DNA of 64,000 nt from Armatimonadota bacterium (GTDB lineage: Bacteria > Armatimonadota > SYMT01): contig JAWLHY010000003.1 of the NCBI GenBank assembly GCA_041690135.1, positions 946,397 through 1,010,396 on the forward strand, given 5' to 3'. Positions 27,111 to 37,717 of the stretch are shown one piece after another. How positions within the stretch are numbered: the first letter of the stretch is position 1; the number at the start of each line of letters is the position of its first letter. The position numbers and the translations under genes were made by a program. The notes below the pieces were generated by a model, which saw nothing but the letters and a program-made list of their open reading frames with translations, did not search any database and was not told the origin of the DNA.

Positions 27111-29390
27111 TTACTTCTGGGCGGCGGTGACCGGCCGGTTCATCAGGCTGATGAAATCGGCCAGAATCCGCTTGGTCTCTTCCAGGTGCGCATCCTGCGC
27201 CGGAATGTCGCTGGCGGCCGCCTCGGGCTCATCCAGGGCGGATTTGCCGGCCTGGGCCAGCGGCTTGTTCGGGTCGATCGGCGCCGGCAGGCCCTTGGTG
27301 TCCGCGTTCTTGAGCGAGATCAGGTAGACCTTGTCCTTCGACTTGGCCCGGTTCGCCAGTTCCTTCTTGCGGGCCTCGGCACGGGCCAGGGCTTCTTCCT
27401 TCTCCTTCACGCGCTCTTGCTCGTTCAGGGAGACTTCCTTGGCGTCCAGGGTCTTCTTCAGGCGCAGGGCCTCCTGGCTGATCCAGGTGAAGTCCTTGTC
27501 ATTGGCCAGCCGGGACGCGGACCGCTTCTTCAGTTCCGCCATGTACGGCTGCACCAGGTTCATCTTCTGGAACGCGGCGCTCTTGATCTCGTCGAACGGG
27601 AGCGGGTTCGGCAGCGCGGCTTCCCCGATCTTCCGGTCGTTGTTCAGCGACGGCAGCACCAGGTCCGGCACCACGCCCTTGAGCTGCGTTGAAAGGCCGC
27701 TGGCGCGGTAGAACTTCCGGATCGTCAGCTTCAGCGCGCCCGGATCGTTGGTGGTCTTGATCCCCTGGCGGGCCATGATCGGCGCAAGCTGCATGAGCTG
27801 CTGGACGGTCCCCTTGCCGTGCGTGGAGCTTTCTCCCACGACCAGGGCGCGGCCGTAGTCCTGCAGCGCGCCGGCCAGGATCTCGGAGGCCGAGGCACTG
27901 TTGCGGCTGGTGAGGACCACCATCGGGCCGGCGTAGTGCTGGCGGACATCCGGGTCCTTCTCCACCTCCAGCTCACCCTGCGGGCTCTTGATCTGGACGA
28001 CCGGGCCGTCCTTGATGAAGAGGCCGGTCAGCTTGATCGCTTCGTCCAGGGACCCACCGCCGTTGCGGCGCAGGTCGAGGATCAGGCCGTTGACCCCCTC
28101 GGCGTTCAGCTTCTTGAGCAGGCGGGCCACGTCGGCGGTGCAGCTCTTGGGCGGTGCGCCGGGAGCGCCCTGGCCCTCGTAGAACGACGGCAGGTCGATC
28201 ACGCCCAGCCGCATCGGTTTGCCGTCCGTGGCGGTGAGGTCGATGATCTGCGCCTTCGCCTCGGAATCCTCCAGCTTCACCTCGTCGCGGATGATGATGA
28301 TCTCTTTCCGCATCGACAGGTCGGTGGCGTCGGCCGGGATGACCGTGAGGCGGACCTTGGTGCCCTTGGGGCCGCGGATCATCTCGACGATCTTGTCGAG
28401 CTTCATGTCGATCACGTCGACGGCCTCGCCCTTATCGCCCTGGGCCACGGCCACGACCTTGTCGCCCGGCTTGAGCTGGCCGCCCTTCATGGCGGGGCCG
28501 CCCGGAGTCAGTTCCACGATCTGGCAGTAGCCGTCCTCGGAGCGTAGCACCGCGCCGATCCCGAACAGGGAGAGCTTCATGCGGATGCCGAAGTTCTCGA
28601 AGGAGGCCTTGCCCAGGTAATCGGAGTGCGGGTCGTACACGTGCCCCAGCGAGGTCATGTAGAGCTGGAATACCTCGTCGCTGTCGTACTGGTGCAGGGC
28701 ATTGGCCAGGCGCTGGTAGCGGCGGGTGATCGTCTTCACGATCTCTTCCGGCTTCTGCTTGTTCAGCTTCTCCTGCAGGTACTCGAAGCGGAGCCGATCG
28801 CGCCACAGCTTCTTCGCATCCGCGAGATCCTTCGGGCGGGGGGCCTGGCTGCGATCGACCAGGTAGGCCTCCTTGCCGCTGAAGTCGAACTTCTCCGTCT
28901 TCAACATCTCACCCACGGCGGCCTGCTGCTGATCGATCCGCTGGAGCAGCCGGGTGAAGATCTCGTAGGCGGGGCGGGTATCGCCCTTCTCCCAGGTGAG
29001 CTCATCGAGCGTGGTGCGGTACTTCTCGAACTCCTTCAGGTCCGTTTCGAAGAAGTACAGGTGCATCGGGTCCAGAGCGTCGAGATAGCGGTCCAGGAAC
29101 TTGCCGGCGATGTCGTCGGAAAGCGGCTGCTGGAGGAAGTGCATCGCGACCAGGATGCGGGAGGTGATCCGGGCGATAGACGCATCGTCGGGACCCGGCG
29201 CGAGCACGGCCGACTTGGCGGTTTTGCCCCCTTCCTGGAAGTTGGCCAGGGCGACCGGGCTGCCGGTATCGGCCAGACGCGTGGCCGCTTCCACCGGTTG
29301 CGGGCGCACGCGCTGCGCCTGGGTCATCGCCCCCACGGTCACCACGGAGCCGGCCAACGCCAGCCCGGCTGCGAAAGGAACAGCTTTCAT
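27111..29390 (-). CDS. prc: Carboxy-terminal processing (tail-specific) protease, S41 family, Prc type
   Basis: DPHSDY, GIGAVL PDZ, DLRRNGGGSL, SASASEILAGALQDYGR, GKGTVQ, STQLKGVVPD. Confidence 0.93.
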   Translation of the reverse strand: MKAVPFAAGLALAGSVVTVGAMTQAQRVRPQPVEAATRLADTGSPVALANFQEGGKTAKSAVLAPGPDDASIARITSRILVAMHFLQQPLSDDIAGKFLDRYLDALDPMHLYFFETDLKEFEKYRTTLDELTWEKGDTRPAYEIFTRLLQRIDQQQAAVGEMLKTEKFDFSGKEAYLVDRSQAPRPKDLADAKKLWRDRLRFEYLQEKLNKQKPEEIVKTITRRYQRLANALHQYDSDEVFQLYMTSLGHVYDPHSDYLGKASFENFGIRMKLSLFGIGAVLRSEDGYCQIVELTPGGPAMKGGQLKPGDKVVAVAQGDKGEAVDVIDMKLDKIVEMIRGPKGTKVRLTVIPADATDLSMRKEIIIIRDEVKLEDSEAKAQIIDLTATDGKPMRLGVIDLPSFYEGQGAPGAPPKSCTADVARLLKKLNAEGVNGLILDLRRNGGGSLDEAIKLTGLFIKDGPVVQIKSPQGELEVEKDPDVRQHYAGPMVVLTSRNSASASEILAGALQDYGRALVVGESSTHGKGTVQQLMQLAPIMARQGIKTTNDPGALKLTIRKFYRASGLSTQLKGVVPDLVLPSLNNDRKIGEAALPNPLPFDEIKSAAFQKMNLVQPYMAELKKRSASRLANDKDFTWISQEALRLKKTLDAKEVSLNEQERVKEKEEALARAEARKKELANRAKSKDKVYLISLKNADTKGLPAPIDPNKPLAQAGKSALDEPEAAASDIPAQDAHLEETKRILADFISLMNRPVTAAQK

Positions 29391-29679
29391 ATAATGATTA
29401 CCTCTATCCGGCGCTCGACTGCCACGCCCAGGAGGCGGGAAGCGTCACACGGCGATACTACCCACCGCGGACTGTACTTCGACCTCCGTTGCGCAGAAAC
29501 CTGCTCGAAATTCTGGCAGGCCCAGTAGGCTATACGAGATTCTATTGGGAAAAGTGCTCCGAGTTCACGTTTTTGGTCATGGCGTAACCTTCCGCGTGTC
29601 TTGTCGTTTTATGTGGAAGACTCAGAGCAACAGAAGTGGGAGCACGGAAGATCCGGGAGAAATCCCCGAGAGGTTCGCC

Positions 29680-30936
29680 ATGGACGCCCCCATCGTAGCA
29701 AATACTACAGGAAGAAGGAAGGACTCTCTTTCCCGGTGCCGGCTGCTCCTGCTGGCAATGGCGCTCGTGGGGGCAGCTTCCGCGGCGTCCGCGCAGGAGA
29801 AGACGCCGGCGCGGAAATCGATCTTCGGACAGGTGGTGGGGCAGCCCACGGGGGAGAATGGTTACGAGGAGTTGGTACTGGCGGCGGATATATTCGCGGC
29901 GAGCCCGAAGTACGATGCGGCGCAAAACCTGGAATCGTCGTTGAGCGTCAAGCGCGAGGTCCTGAAGGACCGGCACGTGGCTCGGGCCCTCTGGCTACTG
30001 CGGGCCGCGCTCAACAAACCGGTGTTCGGTCCCCGGCAGAAACTCACCTATTCCACGACCCTGCCGGAACTCTCGCAGTTTCGCTCGCTCGCGCGGCTTC
30101 TGGCCAACCAGCAGTACGTGCTGCTGGCGGATGGGAAGGTGCCCGAAGCGATCGGTAACGCGCGGCTGGCCATCCGTTTTGCCAACCAGGTCCAGCAGGA
30201 CACCCTGATCCACGGCCTGGTCGGTCTCGCGATCTGCCGTCTTGCCCTCACGCCGCTGGCGGAGCACCTGGACCAGCTCTCCGCCCGTGACTGCGAGGCG
30301 GTGTACCGGCTGGCGCTGGAGTGGCTTTCTCTCCCGAACCCGCAGGAGCGGATCTTTGCCGGGGACTCTCGCTGGACCCAGGAAGGCCTAGCGGAGGTGG
30401 GGGAAGAGGTGAAGAGAAAGGGGGTGGCCGCCCTGGCCGCGACCTTCTCCGGCGACGACGCGGAGAGTCGCCAGCTCATGCAAGTGTTTCCGACGGAACC
30501 GGCGGCGATCGATCGGCTCGTGGCCGAGGCGCGTGTGCGCATCGACGATTACTACCAGCGCGTGGCCCGGGAATTGAAGCGGCCGCCCTGGGAGCGAGCC
30601 TTTCCCGCTCTGGCTCCGGGCAACGACCTCGCCTCCCGGCTGGCGAACATGCTCATTCCCTCGTACGAGAACGTGGACGTGGCTTACACGCGGGAGATGG
30701 CCCGGATGCGGCTGCTGGCGTGCGAGGTCGCCATCCGGCGGTACCGCTGGGAGCACAACCGCCTGCCCGCGGAGCTCTCCGTCCTCCGCCTCGGTGATTT
30801 GACCGTAGACCCGTTTACAGGACGCCCACTGGAGTACGCGGCCAACGGGAACCGGTTTACCCTTTCCTCCGTCGGAGCCCTGTCGCAGGGGAGTCCGAAC
30901 GCGGTGAATGGGCGGGTACCCGTAACCTTCCGTTAG
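29680..30936 (+). CDS. Exported helical hypothetical protein
   Basis: Signal-peptide-like LLLLAMALVGAASAASAQ; C-terminal LP..L..L..DPFTG.PLEY...L.SVG (pseudopilin-C-like). Confidence 0.7.
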   Translation: MDAPIVANTTGRRKDSLSRCRLLLLAMALVGAASAASAQEKTPARKSIFGQVVGQPTGENGYEELVLAADIFAASPKYDAAQNLESSLSVKREVLKDRHVARALWLLRAALNKPVFGPRQKLTYSTTLPELSQFRSLARLLANQQYVLLADGKVPEAIGNARLAIRFANQVQQDTLIHGLVGLAICRLALTPLAEHLDQLSARDCEAVYRLALEWLSLPNPQERIFAGDSRWTQEGLAEVGEEVKRKGVAALAATFSGDDAESRQLMQVFPTEPAAIDRLVAEARVRIDDYYQRVARELKRPPWERAFPALAPGNDLASRLANMLIPSYENVDVAYTREMARMRLLACEVAIRRYRWEHNRLPAELSVLRLGDLTVDPFTGRPLEYAANGNRFTLSSVGALSQGSPNAVNGRVPVTFR

Positions 30937-31038
30937 GATCTCCCCGGCGGCGAGGTTCGCAGTGGGTGGGCAAGCGAGGGTAATGGCTCCGCGTGAGTGT
31001 GAATTCCGGCTGCCGATTGGGTAAACTGGTCAGCAATC

Positions 31039-31719
31039 ATGCCGACACTCCGTCAACACTTTGAAGCCGAACTGGATAGCCTTCAGGAAGATGTCCAGCG
31101 CATGGGCACCTACGTCGTCGAAATGCTCGACCTGGCTCTCCAGGCCCTTACCCAGCAGAACGAAGAGCTCGCCGCCCGGGTCGTCGCGATGGACGACGTG
31201 GCGGACCAGATGGACCACGACATCGAGCACAAGTGCCTGCGCTTGCTCGCCCAGCAGCAGCCGGTCTCCCGCGATCTCCGGGTGATCAGTACGGCGATGA
31301 AGGCGATCACCGACCTGGAACGGATCGGTGACTTCTCCGTGGATATCGCCAAAACCGCCCGGCGGCTGGTGGCGGAACCGTACTTCAAGCCGCTCGTCCA
31401 CATTCCCCAGATGGCCGAGTGCGTCAAGCGGCTGGTCCTGGAGGCGCTGGCGGCCTACATCCATCACGATCTCGAGCGCGTGCAGCGCACCATCGAGATG
31501 GATGACGCGGTGGACCGCTACTACGACCAGATCTTCACCGAGCTCCTGGAGCACGTGGAGCGGGACCCCACGGTCTATCGACAGGCCACGTGGTTCACCT
31601 TCATCATTCACTTCCTGGAGCGCATCGCCGATCACGCCGTCAACGTCGCTGAGCGGGTCCACTACATGGAAACCGGCCAGGTGGTGAACCTGGCGCCGAG
31701 CCACACCGCCGGCTCGTAG
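31039..31719 (+). CDS. phoU: Phosphate signaling protein PhoU
   Basis: QQPVSRDLR, DLERIGD, DDAVD, FLERIADHAVNVAE. Confidence 0.96.
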   Translation: MPTLRQHFEAELDSLQEDVQRMGTYVVEMLDLALQALTQQNEELAARVVAMDDVADQMDHDIEHKCLRLLAQQQPVSRDLRVISTAMKAITDLERIGDFSVDIAKTARRLVAEPYFKPLVHIPQMAECVKRLVLEALAAYIHHDLERVQRTIEMDDAVDRYYDQIFTELLEHVERDPTVYRQATWFTFIIHFLERIADHAVNVAERVHYMETGQVVNLAPSHTAGS

Positions 31720-31731
31720 TTGAGACCGGCG

Positions 31732-32190
31732 ATCCGCGAATTGCGCGAATGAGGCGAATGGACGGGGCACGGGCGTCCCGCCCGCCAGGAGAATCGGGAG
31801 TGGTGGTGTGGTAAGGGGTGGAGTGGGGAGGGCATATTGCCCGCCAGGGTAGCCTACGGTGGCCGGCACTGTCGGCCGATGAAAGTGGGACACGCGTCTC
31901 ACCCGCCCCGTTAACTCGCTTGGGTCAGGTGGGGCGCCTCCATATTCCCGGCACGGAACACCCGGAGAGGCAAAGGGCGTAGGCCGTCCCAACCCAGGCT
32001 TTGATTCCACGCCGGAGTGCGGAGAGGCCGCCGGTATGCGATAAGCTTCGCGACCTCCACTGCCATCGGATAGGTGGGCGCGGCCACCCCTCCAGTCCCA
32101 TCGCCCACTGCTTCCTGCCTCCTGCGTTCCGCCTTCTGCCCACCCCCCACTGCCTTCTGCCCACTGCCTCCTGCCCACTGCCTTCTGGCG
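31732..32190. repeat. Intergenic mosaic: nonamer array, REP-like hairpins, G-rich arm and C-rich heptamer array
   Basis: CCGCGAATTGCGCGAATGAGGCGAAT; CGGGCGTCCCGCCCG; (CTGCCCA/CTGCCTT/CTGCCTC)n at about 32100-32190. Confidence 0.7.
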
Positions 32191-32372
32191 CCACTTGAGG
32201 ACAGCTCTGCGTGCACGAACACGTAGCATCTTTAGTGCGATGCGCTAAAGCAGGTTTATTCAAAAGGGCTCCTGTGCAAAAATGTCCATGGGGAGATCGG
32301 GTCGGCAGGCGATCCGGCTCCCGGTGTGATGGCATTAGGCCTGACAGATGACGCATTGTGAGGAGGTACGTC

Positions 32373-33032
32373 ATGCGACGCAATGGAGATCTCTTCCCGG
32401 TGCGCCGGGAACAGGACTGGGGCCTCTCACCCTGGAGTGAGACCAGCTGGTTTAGCCCCAACAGCTTCCTTTCCGCCTCTCCGTGGCAAACGATGCGGCG
32501 GATGCAGGAAGACATGGACCGGCTGTTCAGCCAGTTCGTGGCACCCGGGACCCAGCAGCCGGGGCAGGTGCGGAACTGGGCTCCCAGCGTGGACGTGAGC
32601 CAGACGGAAGGCGAATGGCTGATTGAAGCCGACCTTCCGGGGGTGAGCAAGGACCATGTGGACGTACAGGTGCATAACCACCACCTGGTGATCCGCGCGG
32701 AAGTACACGAGGAGAAGGGCCCCGAGACCGAGGGTGGCCAGGACCGCCAGTATCAACGGCGGGAACGCCGATACGGCCGGTTCGAGCGGGTGCTGGCGCT
32801 GCCGCAGAATGTGGATGAGGAGCGGATTCGCTGCGAGTTCCGCGATGGAGTCCTGAAGGTCCACGTTCCCAAGGTGGCGGAGGCCCGAACGCAGGGGCGC
32901 CGGATCCCGATTGGTGACGGACAGCCGGAAGCGACCTCGATCGCGGCGGGCACGGAAGTCGAAAGCCGCCCGAACGGGAAGAGCAACCATGGTGCGCCCG
33001 ATAAGGGCAAGGTTGCGGCCAAAGCCGCGTAG
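32373..33032 (+). CDS. Hsp20/alpha-crystallin small heat-shock protein
   Basis: WAPSVDV, ADLPGV, RERRYGRFER..LP, FRDGVLKVHVPK; AGGAGG SD. Confidence 0.93.
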   Translation: MRRNGDLFPVRREQDWGLSPWSETSWFSPNSFLSASPWQTMRRMQEDMDRLFSQFVAPGTQQPGQVRNWAPSVDVSQTEGEWLIEADLPGVSKDHVDVQVHNHHLVIRAEVHEEKGPETEGGQDRQYQRRERRYGRFERVLALPQNVDEERIRCEFRDGVLKVHVPKVAEARTQGRRIPIGDGQPEATSIAAGTEVESRPNGKSNHGAPDKGKVAAKAA

Positions 33033-33205
33033 GTGAGTGGGGGGTAGAGGGGAGTAGGAGTAGGACTCCTGGGGCGTGGGAAGTGGGGCGGGCGTCTCGC
33101 CCGCCGCGGAGAGTGAAGACCGATCACGATCGAAGTGTGAGCCCTCCTCTACCTTCCACCCTCACCCCTCCTACTCTCCCACCCTCCACTCTCCCACCCC
33201 TCATC
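33030..33205. repeat. G-rich and C-rich inverted low-complexity arms with a central REP-like hairpin
   Basis: GGGGGTAGAGGGGAGTAGGAGTAGG ... GGCGGGCGTCTCGCCCGCC ... CCTACTCTCCCACCCTCCACTCTCCCACCCC between convergent genes. Confidence 0.7.
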
Positions 33206-33207
33206 CT

Positions 33208-34068
33208 TCACTGCCGGCGGGCTTCTTCGCGGATTCTCTCCGCCTCCTCTTCGGCGTGGCGGAGCAGAGCTTCCGCTTCCTGACGAAGGCGCTCCGCCCG
33301 GGATCTGGCCTGGTTTTCCGCTTCCGTGGCCCGGGCGCGCAGGTCGTCGGCACGGTCTTGCGCCTGATCCTCGGCGGTCCGTGCTTCCTCCAGTAGCCGC
33401 TGGCCCTGCGGATTTTCCTGTGCCACCAGTTCCGCGGCGCGGACCGCCTGTGCCGCGCGTTGCTCCAGTTCTTCCGCCTCCCGTTCCGCGTTTCGCCGCT
33501 GCACGGAGGCCCGAGCCAGTTCCTGTTCGATTGCCCGCAGTGCCGTGCGGTACTCCCGCGTCGCCTGCTCCAGGACTTCCTGGGCCTCATCCTCGGCGGC
33601 TGCCTCGCGCGCGGCTTGCTCCAGCGCCAGGTCCTCGTCCGCGGGACCGTTGCGTCCACTCGCAGGGTCCGCACCGGCATTCGCTCCCGGAGGACTCGAG
33701 CCGCGGGCAGCACCGGGTCCGGTCGTTCTCGTTCGCCTCTCGCCCGTGAGTGCCGTTCCCAGGGTGCGCCCCGGTCTCCGGCCGGGGCCGTCCGGAAGGT
33801 CGGCTTCAAAACTCCGCGGCGGCCGAGCTCGATGGGCGGGGGACTGGGCTCGACCCCCGTCCGTCTCTTCTACCGCGGGCGGAGGGGGCGGGCGGAACCA
33901 GCGGACGAACGGGAGCCAGAAGAGGGCCACGCCCAGGCAGGCGATCACGAACAGGCCCGCGGGTCCCAGGGTGAAGTTTCCGGGCGAGGCGGGGATCAGG
34001 TCTACCTTCGGCGGAGTGGAATCTTTCCGCGAAGGGGGGGACGGGTCCGAACGGCGGGTATCGGCCAT
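33208..34068 (-). CDS. Single-pass membrane protein with a C-terminal coiled coil
   Basis: One TM helix, Pro-rich linker, EAE-rich heptads; GGAGG SD. Confidence 0.65.
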   Translation of the reverse strand: MADTRRSDPSPPSRKDSTPPKVDLIPASPGNFTLGPAGLFVIACLGVALFWLPFVRWFRPPPPPAVEETDGGRAQSPAHRARPPRSFEADLPDGPGRRPGRTLGTALTGERRTRTTGPGAARGSSPPGANAGADPASGRNGPADEDLALEQAAREAAAEDEAQEVLEQATREYRTALRAIEQELARASVQRRNAEREAEELEQRAAQAVRAAELVAQENPQGQRLLEEARTAEDQAQDRADDLRARATEAENQARSRAERLRQEAEALLRHAEEEAERIREEARRQ

Positions 34069-34165
34069 AACAGCCCTCCGGTACACAGGAAACTCCCGGC
34101 CTCCGCCGGAATCAGAAGATCGGTTGCCGCACGTTTCTCGTTATTGCCCTTTAGAAGGACTCCGG

Positions 34166-35434
34166 ATGTCTACTGCTTCCCCTCGGCGCTTTTGCCTCGG
34201 CCTTCGCCGGACCGCGGCGGCACTGTCCCTCGCGCTCGCTACCGCTCTCGGTGCTTCCGCCGACGACTGGCCCTACTGGCGCGGTCTCCACCAGGACGGT
34301 ATCTCGCGCGAGACCGGCCTCTTGAAAACCTGGCCGGCCGAAGGGCCGCGGGTTCTCTGGAAACAGGCAGTCCCCGGCGGCTATTCCTCGTTCGCCGTAG
34401 CGCAGGGCCGCCTCTACACCATGTCGGAAGATCGCAAGGAAGAGATCGTTCTCTGTTTAGACGCAACATCGGGCAAGCAAGTTTGGGAATATCGCTACCC
34501 GGCGGATTACGATCTGCACCCCGGCCTGGACCAGCGCTTCAAGAGTGGTCCCCGTTCAACACCGGTGGTCGACGCGGGACACGTCTATGCCCTGGGGACG
34601 ACCGGCGTGCTGAACTGTCTGGAGGCGAAGACCGGACGGGTGGTCTGGACGCAGGACCTGTTGAAGCTGGGCGAGCGGCCGATTCCGGAGTTTGGCTACT
34701 CCAACTCCCCGTTCATCGCCGGCGACCGGCTCTTCGTCCAGCCCGGTGGGACGAAGGGGAACTCCCTGGCGGCCCTGGACAAGCGGACCGGAAAAGTCCT
34801 GTGGAAAGGCCAGGACGACCCGATCGGGTATGCGACGCCGATCCTCATTGAGGCGCAAGGGCAGGCGCAGGTGGTTTACTTCACCGCCGCGGGCATCGTG
34901 GCAGTCCGGCCGGCGGATGGCCAGCCGCTGTGGCGCTTCCCCTGGAAGACGAACTACGACCTGAACGTAGCGACCCCAATCTATGCCGGCGGGCAGCTCT
35001 TCCTCTCCTCCAACTACGGCCGGGGCGCGGCCATGCTGCGGCTGAAACCGGAAGGCCCGGTGGGCGCCGAAGAGGTCTACCGCACGGCCAACATGCAGAA
35101 CCACTTCTCCACCAGCGTGCTCTACCGGGACCACCTCTACGGGTTCAGCAACGACCGGCTCCGGTGCGTGGAATGGGCGACGGGTGAGATCAAGTGGGAC
35201 CAGCGCGGGCTGGGCCGCGGCTCTCTTCTCCTGGCCGACGGGCATCTCTTTGCGCTCGGGGACAAGGGCGATCTGGTGCTGGCCGAGGCAACTCCCGCCG
35301 CTTACGTGGAGAAGGGTCGGTTCAGGGCGCTCCCCCAGAGCCCATGCTGGACCGGCCCCGTGCTGGCGAACGGCCGGCTCTACGTGCGGAACGAGACGGA
35401 GATCGTGGCGCTGGATGTGGGGCGCCGTCCTTAA
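34166..35434 (+). CDS. PQQ-like beta-propeller (BamB-like) exported protein
   Basis: ADDWPYWRG...GIS.E, repeated CLDA.SG..VW and ALDKRTGKVLW, PVLANGRLYVRN. Confidence 0.9.
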   Translation: MSTASPRRFCLGLRRTAAALSLALATALGASADDWPYWRGLHQDGISRETGLLKTWPAEGPRVLWKQAVPGGYSSFAVAQGRLYTMSEDRKEEIVLCLDATSGKQVWEYRYPADYDLHPGLDQRFKSGPRSTPVVDAGHVYALGTTGVLNCLEAKTGRVVWTQDLLKLGERPIPEFGYSNSPFIAGDRLFVQPGGTKGNSLAALDKRTGKVLWKGQDDPIGYATPILIEAQGQAQVVYFTAAGIVAVRPADGQPLWRFPWKTNYDLNVATPIYAGGQLFLSSNYGRGAAMLRLKPEGPVGAEEVYRTANMQNHFSTSVLYRDHLYGFSNDRLRCVEWATGEIKWDQRGLGRGSLLLADGHLFALGDKGDLVLAEATPAAYVEKGRFRALPQSPCWTGPVLANGRLYVRNETEIVALDVGRRP

Positions 35435-35449
35435 AAGCCACTCGTCATT

Positions 35450-35572
35450 TTGACACGGATAGCACGGAGAGAACGGATCGACACGGATGGAATGCCTCCC
35501 ATCGGCGGGCACTTCCTCCCGAATGCTTACTCTGGCAGTGACAATCCGTCAGATCCGTGCTATCCGTGTCAA
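35450..35572. repeat. 123-bp element with 19-bp perfect terminal inverted repeats built of about 9-nt units
   Basis: TTGACACGGATAGCACGGA (35450-35468) / TCCGTGCTATCCGTGTCAA (35554-35572). Confidence 0.85.
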
Positions 35573-35598
35573 GACAAGCAACTGCCGTAGGAGAGAGC

Positions 35599-36462
35599 AT
35601 GAAGATCGGTTTCCGCATTCCCGGCAAGGCTCGGGAGCTTCCCTTTGAAGAACTCTGTGGTTGGGCGGTGCGTACGGGTTTCGGGTCGATCGACCTGCCC
35701 GGTCCGGACCCGGAGCAGATCCGCACCGCGCGGGCGGGCGGCCTGGAGATCGGCACCGTCGATCTGCCCGGCACCGCGAACCTGATCAGCGCGGACCCGG
35801 AGAAGCAGCAGGCGGGCGTGGAGACGGCAAAGGCCGCCATCGCGGCGACGGCGGAGCACGGGTGCAACCGGATGTTTTGCGTGTTCGTACCCGAAGACCG
35901 CGGTCGCAAGCGAGCCGAGACGTTCGCGGTCTGGAAGGAGACGTTCCCCGCCGTGGCCGCCTTCGCGGAGGAGAAGGGCGTGCGGATCGCCATGGAAGGG
36001 TGGCCTGGGCCGGCGCCCCACTACCCCGCGCTAGGATGCACCCCGGAGATGTGGCGCGCCATGTTCGCCGCGGTGCCGTCGCCGGCGTTCGGCCTCAACT
36101 ACGATCCCTCGCACCTGGTCCGGATCGGGGTGGACTGGCGCCGGGCCCTGGATGAGTTCGGCGACCGGATCATCCATGTCCACGGGAAGGACACCGACTT
36201 CGACGCCGAGCGGCTCTACGAACACGGTAACCTGGGACCCACCTTCCGCAAGCCGGTCGGCTTCAGCGAAAGCTGGTGGCGCTACACGATTCCGGGCGAA
36301 GGGGTCGTGGACTGGTGTCGCCTGATCGGTCGCCTGGAAGATTTCGGCTTCAACGGCGTGGTGAGCGTGGAGTTGGAAGACTACCGCTACCACGAGACCT
36401 GGGAGCTCCAGTCGGATGGCCTCGCCCGCAGCCGGGAGCACCTGGCACGCTGGGTGCGCTGA
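35599..36462 (+). CDS. Sugar phosphate isomerase/epimerase (AP endonuclease 2 TIM barrel)
   Basis: GVRIAME, GLNYDPSHL, IHVHGKD, PGEGVVDW, SVELED. Confidence 0.9.
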   Translation: MKIGFRIPGKARELPFEELCGWAVRTGFGSIDLPGPDPEQIRTARAGGLEIGTVDLPGTANLISADPEKQQAGVETAKAAIAATAEHGCNRMFCVFVPEDRGRKRAETFAVWKETFPAVAAFAEEKGVRIAMEGWPGPAPHYPALGCTPEMWRAMFAAVPSPAFGLNYDPSHLVRIGVDWRRALDEFGDRIIHVHGKDTDFDAERLYEHGNLGPTFRKPVGFSESWWRYTIPGEGVVDWCRLIGRLEDFGFNGVVSVELEDYRYHETWELQSDGLARSREHLARWVR

Positions 36463-36507
36463 TCTCGCCGACTGGAACTGTCCACAGAAGACGCAGATGG
36501 GGAAGGC

Positions 36508-36531
36508 ATGGACCGGCGGTGGCCGGTCCAT
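36508..36531. terminator. Hairpin between convergent genes
   Basis: ATGGACCGGC-ggtg-GCCGGTCCAT followed by TTCCTT. Confidence 0.55.
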
Positions 36532-36634
36532 TTCCTTGGATCGCCGCCCAGCCAATTCCTGATCGTTGGCCGTAATGCGGTGCGGTCCGGATACTCACTT
36601 CAGCTGTCGACACCCAGGATCCGTGCTGGCGGAG

Positions 36635-37717
36635 CTACTGGCTCAGGCCCCGGCCGCTGACCTTCCATTCGCCCAGGATCTCGCCGTTGCTGACGGCATA
36701 CGCCTTTTCGAACAGGTTGGTGGTGCCTTCCAGGTAGTAGGGGATGAGCTGCAGGCGGTCGCCGGGTTGGAGGTTGCGGCCTTCGTCTTCCAGGTGCAGT
36801 ACGCCGTGCTCGGAGTTGAGGGCGGTGACGGTCACGCCGGGATTTGCGAGTGGGCGGGGATTGCCGAAAGAGGGGTGGATCGACTTCCGGCCGGCATCGG
36901 TGATCGCCCGGTCTTCCGTTGGCCGGGAGATGACGGTCGAGAGCACGGTGCAGGCGTAATCGAAGTCCGCACCGCCGTCTTCGTGGAACAGAAGGTCCAT
37001 CAGGGCGTAGGTGCCGGTCTGGAGTTCCGTCACGCCGGGGACGCGGGCCGTTACGTCGTAGGTGCCGGTCCCGCCGCAGCTCACCACCTTCACCTCCAGA
37101 CCGGCTTCCGTGCAGTGCTGCGCGGTCTCCGTGAGCCTTCCCACTGCTTCCTGGATGGCGGGGACCTTCTCGTCGCGGGGCATCAGGCAGCAGTGACCTT
37201 CGTACCCCATTACGCCGCGGAAGCGGAGCCCCTTCAGTTCCGAGCAGCGCAGCGCCAACTCCACGGCGGTGCGGCCGGGATCTACGCCGCACCGGTTCAT
37301 CCCGAGGTTGACCTCGATCAGAATACCGACGGTGGAGTGCTGTTCGCGGGCGGCCGCCGCCATCTGCCGGGCCACTTCGAGATTGTCCACGCCGACGGTC
37401 ACCTTGTGCCGCCGTGCCAGCTTCGCCAGCCGCTGCCACTTGAGCGGACCCACCACCTGGTTGGCGATGAGGAGATGATCCATACCTAACTCGGCCAGCA
37501 ATTCCGCCTCCGCGAGCTTGGCACAGGTGATGCCCCGCGCGCCGGCGAGCCGCTGTCTCCGGGAGATTTCATCGATCCGGTGGGACTTGAAATGCGGTCG
37601 GGTCGTGACGCCGCAGTCGCGGACGAAGGCGGCCATCTTCGCGAGGTTGCGGTCCAGGACGTCCACATCGACGAGAAGCGCGGGAGTGTCGATCTGCGGG
37701 TAGAGCTCGGCTGACAT
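36635..37717 (-). CDS. DSD1 / D-threonine aldolase family PLP enzyme
   Basis: DTPALLVD, RPHFKSH (PLP Lys), G.NRCGV, MGYEGH, GGTGT, DAGRK, SEHG. Confidence 0.9.
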   Translation of the reverse strand: MSAELYPQIDTPALLVDVDVLDRNLAKMAAFVRDCGVTTRPHFKSHRIDEISRRQRLAGARGITCAKLAEAELLAELGMDHLLIANQVVGPLKWQRLAKLARRHKVTVGVDNLEVARQMAAAAREQHSTVGILIEVNLGMNRCGVDPGRTAVELALRCSELKGLRFRGVMGYEGHCCLMPRDEKVPAIQEAVGRLTETAQHCTEAGLEVKVVSCGGTGTYDVTARVPGVTELQTGTYALMDLLFHEDGGADFDYACTVLSTVISRPTEDRAITDAGRKSIHPSFGNPRPLANPGVTVTALNSEHGVLHLEDEGRNLQPGDRLQLIPYYLEGTTNLFEKAYAVSNGEILGEWKVSGRGLSQ

